A DNA stretch of 64,000 nt from Longimicrobiales bacterium (GTDB lineage: Bacteria > Gemmatimonadota > Gemmatimonadetes > Longimicrobiales > Gaopeijiaceae). The stretch covers positions 1,024,001 to 1,088,000 of the forward strand of contig OZ242008.1 in the NCBI GenBank assembly GCA_965204735.1, given 5' to 3'. How positions within the stretch are numbered: the first letter of the stretch is position 1; each line of letters starts with the position of its first letter. The translations under genes and the position numbers were made by a program. Shown here piece by piece: positions 42,117 through 49,933 of this stretch. The notes under the pieces are model-generated. The model worked only from the letters and a program-made list of their open reading frames with translations, was not told the DNA's origin and did not search any database.

Positions 42117-43966
42117 GGCGAAAGACAAGCGTAGGGCCAGCAAGCACAGGGCGGGGAACAAGCATGAGGCAAGGGACGAGCATGAGGCGAAAGACGAGCA
42201 CGAGGCGAGGGACGGGCGGCGGGCGACGGCGGGCGGGGCGCGCGCGGGCGCCGGGACTCGGGCTGGGGGGCGTCCTCCTGCTCGGCCTCGGGTTGCCGGG
42301 CGGCGGGCTCGAAGCCCAGCGCTCCATGGACGCCGTGATCGCCAACGGTCGGATCGCCGACGGCACGGGCGGCGCCTGGTTCTACGGCGACGTGGGCATT
42401 CAGGGCGGCCGGATCGTCGCCGTGACGCCCGCCGGCGGCCTGGACGACGCCGACGCCCCGGTGCGGATCGACGCCACCGGCAAGGTCGTGGCGCCCGGCT
42501 TCATCGACATCCTGTCCCACGCCCGGGCTCCCCTGCTGGCCGGGGACGGCCGCCTGATCGGCAAGATCACGCAGGGGATCACCACCGAGATCATGGGCGA
42601 GAGCACGACCAACGCTCCTGCCAACGCCAACACGTGGCGCGCGCAGGGAGTGGACCCGGCGAGTCTGGCGGAAGGACTCGACTTCTCCGGCGCGCGGGGG
42701 TTCGACCGCTGGCTCCACGCCATGCTGGAGAACGGCGCGTCGCCCAACTTCGGCTCCTTCATCGGCGCCACGACGGTGCGCATCTACGGGAAGGGCGAAG
42801 CGGAAGGGGCGGCGACGGGGGCGGAGCTGGACACGATGCGCGCCGCGGTGGGCAGGGCAATGGCGGACGGGGCCTTCGGCGTGGCCAGCGCCCTGGTCTA
42901 CCCGCCGGGCGCCTTCGCCTCCACCGACGAGCTGGTCGAGGTGGTCGCCGCCACCGCGCCCTACGGCGGGCTGTACATCACCCACATGCGCTCCGAGGGC
43001 GACCGGCTTCTGGAAGCCATGGACGAGGCGATCGAGATCGGGAGCCGCGCCGGCGTGCCGGTGGAGATATACCACCTGAAGGCGGCGGGGATCCGCAATC
43101 ACCACAAGGCGGGCCTGGCCATAGCCAAGATCGACTCGGCCCGGGCCGCCGGCATGGACGTGCAGGCGAACATGTACCCCTACGTGGCCGGGGGCACGGG
43201 GCTTGCCGCCCTGCTGCCGCCCTGGGCTTCGGCCGGCGGACGCCTCCTGCGACGGCTCCGCGACCCGGAGACCCGCCAGCGCATCCACGACGAGGTGCTC
43301 TCCGCAGACGTGGACTGGGAGAACTTCGGCGCCCTGGCCACACCCGAGGGCGTGCTGATCACCGCGGTTTCCGCCACCGGCCCGGACGGCGAGCCCAGCA
43401 ACGCCGAGCGCTACGTGGGGATGCGGCTCTCGGAGGTGGCCCAGGAGATGGGAGTGGACTGGGTGGACGCCGCGATCGAGCTGACGCTGATGACCGGCGC
43501 CGGCGCCGGGATGGTCGTCTACATGATGTCCGAAGAGAACGTGGCGCTCCAGCTTCGCCAGCCGTGGATCAAGATCGGAACCGACGCTTCCGGCTTCAAC
43601 CCGAGGACCGCCCGCGGGATGACTCATCCTCGGGCCTACGGAACCTATCCGCGCATCCTTGGGAAGTACGTCCGGGACGAGCGCGTGATTTCGCTGGAGG
43701 ACGCGGTGCGCAAGATGACTTCTGCCGTCGCGACCCGTCTCTCGATCCACGACCGGGGCCTGATCAAGCCCGGGATGCACGCGGACGTGGTGGTCTTCGA
43801 CCCGACGGTCGTCGCGGACCGGGCCACCTTCCAGCGGCCCCACCAGCTCTCGGTGGGCGTCGAGGAAGTGTTCGTCAACGGAGTTCAAGTGCTGAGCGGG
43901 GGCCGCCACACCGGCGCTGCTCCAGGCCAGATCGTGCGCGGTCCGGGCTACCGACCGACGGGGTGA
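42104..43966 (+). CDS. N-acyl-D-amino acid deacylase (D-aminoacylase)
   Basis: VAPGFIDILSH, YITHMRSEG, IYHLK, HPRAYGTYPR and ADVVVFDP. Start uncertain (42104, 42164 or 42182). Confidence 0.92.
   Translation: MASVRRKTSVGPASTGRGTSMRQGTSMRRKTSTRRGTGGGRRRAGRARAPGLGLGGVLLLGLGLPGGGLEAQRSMDAVIANGRIADGTGGAWFYGDVGIQGGRIVAVTPAGGLDDADAPVRIDATGKVVAPGFIDILSHARAPLLAGDGRLIGKITQGITTEIMGESTTNAPANANTWRAQGVDPASLAEGLDFSGARGFDRWLHAMLENGASPNFGSFIGATTVRIYGKGEAEGAATGAELDTMRAAVGRAMADGAFGVASALVYPPGAFASTDELVEVVAATAPYGGLYITHMRSEGDRLLEAMDEAIEIGSRAGVPVEIYHLKAAGIRNHHKAGLAIAKIDSARAAGMDVQANMYPYVAGGTGLAALLPPWASAGGRLLRRLRDPETRQRIHDEVLSADVDWENFGALATPEGVLITAVSATGPDGEPSNAERYVGMRLSEVAQEMGVDWVDAAIELTLMTGAGAGMVVYMMSEENVALQLRQPWIKIGTDASGFNPRTARGMTHPRAYGTYPRILGKYVRDERVISLEDAVRKMTSAVATRLSIHDRGLIKPGMHADVVVFDPTVVADRATFQRPHQLSVGVEEVFVNGVQVLSGGRHTGAAPGQIVRGPGYRPTG
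42110..42214 (+). repeat. Degenerate 18-bp tandem repeat, about six units
   Basis: AGCATGAGGCGAAAGACG-like units encoding SVRRKT/STGRGT/SMRQGT/SMRRKT/STRRGT. Confidence 0.75.
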
Positions 43967-43979
43967 CTCGGGCGGCGCA

Positions 43980-45254
43980 ATGCGCGTAGCGGTCGTCGGC
44001 GGCGGCGTGGTCGGCCTCGCCACGGCTTGGCGCCTGGGGCGCATGGGGGCCTATCCGTTCATTGTCGAGTCCCGCGCCGTCGGCGAAGGATGCTCATGGG
44101 GCAACGGCGGCTGGGTTTGCCCGTCGATCTCCACGCCGCTGCCGAACCCGGCCCTGACTTGGCGCTCGCTGCTGGCGACGATGCGGCCCGACGGTCCCCT
44201 GTACATCAAGCCTGCCGCGGCGCCGGGGCTGATGCCCTGGCTGGTTCGCTTCCGGTCCCTCTGCTCGAAGGCCGCCTTCCGGCACGGCGTCCGGGCGCTG
44301 GCGTCCCTCAACGCCGCGACCACGAAGCGCTTCGACGAGATGGCTGCGAGCGGGGTCGACTTCGAGTTCGCCCGCGCGGGCATCCTCTTCGCCTTTCGGG
44401 ACCCCGCCAAGGCCGCCGCGATGCAGGCCGAGATCGCCCAGGTGGCCGAGGCGGCCCAGGCCGCCGATGCGGAAGCCGCGACCGACGGCTCGGGTTCCCT
44501 CGTGCCCCGAGCGCTGGACCGGACGGAGACGCGCGAGCGCGAACCTCTGCTGCGCCCCGGCTTCCAGCGCGGGATCTTCGTGGAGTCGAACCGCCACCTC
44601 CGCCCCGAGACCCTGACCGCGGGCTTGGCCCGGTCGCTGCGCGCCGCCGGCGCCGAGATCGTCGAAGGCGTGTCCGTCACCGGCTTCGAGACCGACGGCC
44701 GCGCCGTGCGCGCTCTGGTCACGACCGCCGGAGCGATCGACGCCGACGCCGTGGTGCTGGCGGCGGGCGCCGAGACGGGAGCGCTTGCGGCCAAGGCCGG
44801 TTCCGCCATTCCCCTGACCGCGGGGAAGGGCTACTCGGTGACCGTGGACGGTCCCCGCAACCAGCTCCGCCAGCCCCTCTACCTGGGCGACGCGAAGGTT
44901 GGAGCCAGCCCCTTCGACGGTGCGCTGCGCTTCTTCGGCACGATGGAGCTCTCCGGAGTCAACAGCCGGCTGGATCCCAAGCGAATCCAGGCGATCCGGC
45001 GGGCCGTCGCCCGAGACGTGAAGATTCCCGAGGCCCGGAGCGGGGGCAGGGAGTGGGTCGGAATGCGCCCGATGGTCCCCGACACCCTGCCGGTCGTGGG
45101 CAAGCTGCCGAGCCGCGACAACGTCTACGTCAACACCGGCCACCAGATGCTGGGCGTGACCCTTTCGGCCAGCACGGCATGGGCAACGGCCCAGCTGGTC
45201 GTGGAGGGACGCTCGGAGATCGACCTTGCACCGTTCTCGCCGTCCCGCTTCTGA
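43980..45254 (+). CDS. dadA: FAD-dependent D-amino acid dehydrogenase (DadA family)
   Basis: GGGVVG, SWGNGG, GKGYS, WVGMRP and NTGHQMLG. Confidence 0.85.
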   Translation: MRVAVVGGGVVGLATAWRLGRMGAYPFIVESRAVGEGCSWGNGGWVCPSISTPLPNPALTWRSLLATMRPDGPLYIKPAAAPGLMPWLVRFRSLCSKAAFRHGVRALASLNAATTKRFDEMAASGVDFEFARAGILFAFRDPAKAAAMQAEIAQVAEAAQAADAEAATDGSGSLVPRALDRTETREREPLLRPGFQRGIFVESNRHLRPETLTAGLARSLRAAGAEIVEGVSVTGFETDGRAVRALVTTAGAIDADAVVLAAGAETGALAAKAGSAIPLTAGKGYSVTVDGPRNQLRQPLYLGDAKVGASPFDGALRFFGTMELSGVNSRLDPKRIQAIRRAVARDVKIPEARSGGREWVGMRPMVPDTLPVVGKLPSRDNVYVNTGHQMLGVTLSASTAWATAQLVVEGRSEIDLAPFSPSRF

Positions 45255-45333
45255 CGAGGCTCGCCGGCGTGGTCTTGCCGGCGCTGAAGGTTCCAGGGCG
45301 CCCCGCAGCGACGATCGGCGCCGTTCCGACGCC

Positions 45334-47109
45334 ATGACCGGAAGACCCGCCGCCGCCGTTCTTGCGCTCGCCTGCGCCGCCTGCGACGCCCCATCCCCCG
45401 ACGCAGTCCTCCTGGCCACCGCCCACCAGATGGGTCCGGTCGGCTACCGGGACCCGGCGGGCGCGGTTTCGCCCGACGGTCGCCGCCTGGCGTACTCCGA
45501 AGGCCGTCACGTCGTCGTGCAGGAGCTGGACGGCGCCGGCCGCCGCACCCTCGGGCCCGCCCCCAGCCAAGTCCGCTACCTGACGTGGCGCCCCGACGGC
45601 CAGGCCGTGCTGGTGCACGAGCGCTCCTTCGACCGGCGCCGGCAGGACTGGTTCGTCTACGACGCCGACACCGGCGGCAAGGTCTCCCTGTGGGGCGGCG
45701 GCCCCTTCCCCGACCACGTGCCCAGGAGCGCGGAGCTGCTGGAGCTGAGCTGGTCCCCGGACGGGGATTGGCTCGTGGGCGCGCGCCGCAGGGGAGGGCG
45801 GTCCCAGGTCTGGCGCCTCGCCGCCGACGGCCGGGACGGAGAGCTGTTGGCGGAAGGCGGTCGCCTTTCCCATCCCGTGGTCTCGCCCTCCGGGGACGTG
45901 GCGTGCGTCGAGCGCCGGGCTGGCGTCCAGCGGCTGCGGCTGCCCTGCCGGGAAGGACCCGTGCCGTGGATGGAGGCCCATCAGCCCTACGGCCAAGTCG
46001 CCTTCTCCCCCGGGGGCGGGTCGATCTACTACGCCGCCCCCGGCGACGACGGCGCCCTCGAGCTCTGGAGCCGTCCCGTGGGCGGCGGCAAGGCCAGGCG
46101 GCTGGCCACGGCCGAGCGCGACGCCTACGGCCCCACAGTCACCCGCGAAGGCGACGTCGTCTACCGAACGCAGCACTACGGGGTGTCGATCTCGGCGGTG
46201 CCGGCCCGCGGGGGCGAACCGACGCGAATCACGACCTTCCAGTCCGAAACCCCTTCGTGGAGTCCGTCGGGCGACGAGCTTTCGTTCACTTTCGGCGGCT
46301 GGCGGCTGGCGACCGACGACGTCGAGTACCCGGACATCGACCAGCAGATCGGCATCGTGGACGCGACGTCTCGAAGGCCCAAGTCGGCGCCGGACCGGGT
46401 CGTGCGCGACTCGTACTCCGAAGACCAGGGAATGCACTGGTCGCCCAACGGCCGCTGGATCGCCTACCACAGCCACGTCGACGACACCGACGACATCTAC
46501 GTCGTCGCTGCCGGGGACTCGTCGGCAGCCCCCAGGATGATCTCGTCGGGCGGGCGCGAGACGGGCTGGCCCCGCTGGTCGCCGGACGGTCGTTGGATCG
46601 CGTTCCCCACCTACGTCCACGCGCTCTCCGGGGCCCGGCGCAGCGTCCTGCACCTGATCCCCGCCGACCAAGAGACGGGCGCGACGCAGCCCCAGCGCCG
46701 GCTGGCAATGGGGGAGTTCGGCCACGACGCTCTGCAAGCGGAATGGATGCCGGATTCGCGGCGACTCGTCTTCGAGGCGGCGGAGGGGGCCGGCCGGAAG
46801 GCCCTGTACTGGGCGCCGACGGAGGGCGCGACGCCGACCCGCTTCCACGAGTGGGAATCGGACCAGGTGCATTCGGGGATCGCAGTGTCCCCCGACGGCG
46901 CCTGGATCGCCTACGTGGGTCCCGGCCGCAACGGCTTCTTCCAGATTCACCGCGTCCCGTTCGGCGGCGGCCGGGCGGAGCAGCTGACCATGGACCCGTC
47001 TCACAAGACCCAGCCCGCCTACGACCCCGCGGGCGCTCGTCTGGCCTACGCCGTCTTCGAGTACGAAGCGCGCTTCTGGATGCTTACCGGCGACGAAAGC
47101 CCCCGGTGA
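45334..47109 (+). CDS. TolB-like (PD40) beta-propeller lipoprotein
   Basis: Lipobox-like ACAAC and multiple WSPDG/SPDG repeats. Confidence 0.8.
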   Translation: MTGRPAAAVLALACAACDAPSPDAVLLATAHQMGPVGYRDPAGAVSPDGRRLAYSEGRHVVVQELDGAGRRTLGPAPSQVRYLTWRPDGQAVLVHERSFDRRRQDWFVYDADTGGKVSLWGGGPFPDHVPRSAELLELSWSPDGDWLVGARRRGGRSQVWRLAADGRDGELLAEGGRLSHPVVSPSGDVACVERRAGVQRLRLPCREGPVPWMEAHQPYGQVAFSPGGGSIYYAAPGDDGALELWSRPVGGGKARRLATAERDAYGPTVTREGDVVYRTQHYGVSISAVPARGGEPTRITTFQSETPSWSPSGDELSFTFGGWRLATDDVEYPDIDQQIGIVDATSRRPKSAPDRVVRDSYSEDQGMHWSPNGRWIAYHSHVDDTDDIYVVAAGDSSAAPRMISSGGRETGWPRWSPDGRWIAFPTYVHALSGARRSVLHLIPADQETGATQPQRRLAMGEFGHDALQAEWMPDSRRLVFEAAEGAGRKALYWAPTEGATPTRFHEWESDQVHSGIAVSPDGAWIAYVGPGRNGFFQIHRVPFGGGRAEQLTMDPSHKTQPAYDPAGARLAYAVFEYEARFWMLTGDESPR

Positions 47110-47308
47110 CCTCCACGACCACCGGGCAGCCGGCGGCGGAGCGGGGCACCTGCGACCGCAACGCCGGGTCGTCCCTCTCCAGGTAGACCTTGATGCAGGG
47201 CTTCCCGGCGTGCACTCCCACCGCCGTGCCCGCCACTCCGTCCAGGCCGATCACGCGACGGGTGATCTGGGCCTGCGCGTCTTCCATCGAGGCGGGTTCG
47301 CGGGCCAT
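47084..47308 (-). CDS. Small protein homologous to the N-terminal domain of the upstream protease
   Basis: GVAGTAVG...KV...VEVTGGFR matches GVAGTAVG...KV...VEVTGAFR of the protease. Confidence 0.75.
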   Translation of the reverse strand: MAREPASMEDAQAQITRRVIGLDGVAGTAVGVHAGKPCIKVYLERDDPALRSQVPRSAAGCPVVVEVTGGFRRR

Positions 47309-47312
47309 CGCC

Positions 47313-48353
47313 TCAGTTCCCGTCGATCTCGACGCCAAAGTGGTCGAGCACCAGCCCGATCGGATTGGCCAGCGTGCTGGTCTGGCTGCCGGCGAAGAGC
47401 AGTCCCACGGGCTGTCGCGCGTCCTTCTCCGGGCCCGCCGTGACTATGAGCGAGCCCGAGTCCCCGGGACCGGAGAACCCGACCTTGTCGATCACGATCT
47501 GGCCGGCGAAGCGGGCGGTCCCGTCCCGGAAGCCGACGTTGACGGTGGCGTTCAGGCCGCTGACCCGGCCGGTGGTGTGGCCTGTGGTGCGCCCGTACTT
47601 CTGCACCGCCATCCCCAGCTTGGCCGCCGCGGTGCGCCGTTGCGGCGTGCCGTAGCCGTTGGACGGCGTGCCGTTGCCCAATCGGGCGACGTCGGTGGCA
47701 GCGATCGCCGCGTCGATCTCGTTGGCCGGGCACATGGGGAAGGGAGAGCAGAACTTGATGGGCTTGAAGGCGTGCAGCGTCCCGATCACGTCCGCCGGAT
47801 CCCGCCCGCCGTCCACTCTGCCGGGCTGGAGGATGTTGTCGCCGACGTTGGCGTCGTTCTTGTTGGCGTAGACGTGGTTGTTGCTGAGGGCGAAGACCTC
47901 TCCACCCCGGACGACGCGGGCCCCGATCGTGCCTGCGGTCACGTCCACCTGTCCCGTGGACACTCCGATGGGAACGGGGCGGGAGAAGGGGGCGCGGGGG
48001 TTCGTGCCGTCGTCGCCGTCCAAGGCCCGGAACGCGCCCGTGACTTCCACCGCCAGCGCGTGGCCGTCGAGCCGCACCGGGAGTCCCGTCACGTGGGCGC
48101 CGGTGACGAAGACCTTGACCACCGGTCGACCGTCCACGCCCAGGCCCACGGCGGTTCCCGCGACCCCTGGCATCGCCAGGAGGTCGTCGTCGTAGCGCTC
48201 TTGAACCGCCATTGCGGCGGCGAAGTCTCCCTGGGCGAAGACCAGCGGGTCCCCTGGCGCCCTCGGGACGCCGATCAGCCCCGGCCCGCCCCCGGGTCGG
48301 AAGAAGAGCACGTCGAACGCCACGGCAGCCGCCAGCGTCGCCGCCCGAACCAT
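47313..48353 (-). CDS. Trypsin-like (chymotrypsin-fold) serine protease with N-terminal pro-like domain
   Basis: Catalytic triad LSNNHV / DAAIA / GDSGS, plus KYGRTTG and a hydrophobic N-terminus. Start uncertain. Confidence 0.85.
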   Translation of the reverse strand: MVRAATLAAAVAFDVLFFRPGGGPGLIGVPRAPGDPLVFAQGDFAAAMAVQERYDDDLLAMPGVAGTAVGLGVDGRPVVKVFVTGAHVTGLPVRLDGHALAVEVTGAFRALDGDDGTNPRAPFSRPVPIGVSTGQVDVTAGTIGARVVRGGEVFALSNNHVYANKNDANVGDNILQPGRVDGGRDPADVIGTLHAFKPIKFCSPFPMCPANEIDAAIAATDVARLGNGTPSNGYGTPQRRTAAAKLGMAVQKYGRTTGHTTGRVSGLNATVNVGFRDGTARFAGQIVIDKVGFSGPGDSGSLIVTAGPEKDARQPVGLLFAGSQTSTLANPIGLVLDHFGVEIDGN

Positions 48354-48432
48354 TCCCCTGCGCGACACGCGCCTTGATCCCCGCGCCGGAGTTCCCCGCG
48401 TCGGCGAAGCCGAAGCCGCCCGGACCAGTCCT

Positions 48433-48636
48433 CTATGCGACATGCGCCTCCTCCCGCGCCCGAGCGCCGCGCTCTGCGCCGAGACGTTCAGCAGGTTCCA
48501 TGGACTTGATACGCCCCGCTGCACCGAAAGGTTCCACGCCCGCCGGATCGGCGCCAGGGCCGCCGATATCCTTCGGGCGCCTCCCGCACTGTTGATGAGC
48601 CGAGTCTTCCACAAACAGCGCAACTCTATGCGTCAA
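48433..48636 (-). pseudogene. Remnant of a TOPRIM-like partner of the AAA ATPase
   Basis: The TTG start overlaps the ATPase end. MTHRVALFVEDSAHQQ resembles the TOPRIM hhhVE motif, but the rest of this 67-aa ORF shows no domain-like sequence. Confidence 0.45.
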
Positions 48637-49933
48637 AGTCGCCTCTCATGATTCTCTCTGCCAGCGACGGGCCGGCGTTCTCGTCCGAGAACACGTCGTC
48701 GACGTATTCTCGATGTGCCAGGGGTCCCCAGGTCTTCAGCGGGTCGATCCGTGTCCGTCCCTGCTCCCGCCGGACGGCGAAGAGGGACTCGCTGGGCAGC
48801 AGTTCCACCAGGAGTGGCGAGTGAGTCGTAACGATGTGCTGGCTCTGGCCCAGGTGCTCGCGCGTGTGGAACATCTTCGCGACCGACTCGATCCGGCGAG
48901 GATGCACGCCGTTCTCCGGTTCTTCCAGCCCGACCAGGGCAGGCGGCTTGCCGACCCCGGCCAGCGCCAGCAGTCCCAGCAGCCGGAGCGTGCCTTCCGA
49001 GAGTACCCTGGCGGGCACGGAAACGCCGCCCTCTCGAAGACGAAGTTCTACTTCGCCCAGGTCTGTCACGTCCACGTCGATGCCGTCGATGTTCGGGACC
49101 AGCATTCCCAACGCCCGTTGAATCCCTCGAAACTGTCGAGGGTCGGCAGTCTTCAGCGTGTTCAAGAATGCCGCCAAGTCCTCGCCCATCAGTCCCATGT
49201 GTCTCGTTTCCTTGACGGGACCGGCGGCGCGCATTCGTTCGCGCGGCTCGAAGTAGAAGAACAGCCAGCTTGCCAACTCCCGCTGAGCAGCCGCGACATG
49301 GGGGTAGTGCGGGGTGTAGTGCGGCATGGACAAGATGCTGTGGTCGAGCAGGCACTCGAAGTATCTTGGGTGCGCCTGCCTTTCCAGCCGAAGACGGAGC
49401 TTGTCGTCGTGGCGTTCCAGAAACGGCTTGCGGCTCCGACTGGGCTCGCCTTTGCGCGTCAGGGCGGCCAAGTACTCGTCGGCCACGCGGAGGACTCCCG
49501 ACTTCGGCAGCATCTCCACGACAATCCGGTACCGCAGGTGTCGCTCCCGCACCTTGGCCCGGCCGTTGGCCGCTTCGGACGATCGGTCGCCGCTCGGCTG
49601 CCGCATGTCGCGGATCTCTCGCTCCACGCTCTTGACGACGGCATCCGACAGCAGCAGGTCGGCCTCGATCGAGAAGTGCAGGTGATCTTGCTCGACCAGT
49701 CCCTTGAGCCCAGCGCCGCCAAAGCTGAACGACTCCAGCGGCTTGCCCCGATACGGCGGATCGAAAGCCTCCTTGAGGGTGCGGCTCGTGGCCATCCTGG
49801 AAAGAAGCTGCAGGGCGTCGAGGAAGTTGCTCTTCCCCGAGGCGTTGGGGCCGAAGAGCACGGTCAGGGGCTCCAGCGTCGCCTCGACGTCGCCGAGGGA
49901 CTTGTAGCCCTTGATGCGAATGCGCTTCAGCAC
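48626..49933 (-). CDS. AAA_15/AAA_21 ABC-type ATPase (OLD/AbiEii/PARIS-like)
   Basis: IKGYKSL, GPNASGKSN, LSEGTLR, EEPENGVHP and TTHSP. Confidence 0.9.
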   Translation of the reverse strand: MLKRIRIKGYKSLGDVEATLEPLTVLFGPNASGKSNFLDALQLLSRMATSRTLKEAFDPPYRGKPLESFSFGGAGLKGLVEQDHLHFSIEADLLLSDAVVKSVEREIRDMRQPSGDRSSEAANGRAKVRERHLRYRIVVEMLPKSGVLRVADEYLAALTRKGEPSRSRKPFLERHDDKLRLRLERQAHPRYFECLLDHSILSMPHYTPHYPHVAAAQRELASWLFFYFEPRERMRAAGPVKETRHMGLMGEDLAAFLNTLKTADPRQFRGIQRALGMLVPNIDGIDVDVTDLGEVELRLREGGVSVPARVLSEGTLRLLGLLALAGVGKPPALVGLEEPENGVHPRRIESVAKMFHTREHLGQSQHIVTTHSPLLVELLPSESLFAVRREQGRTRIDPLKTWGPLAHREYVDDVFSDENAGPSLAERIMRGDFDA

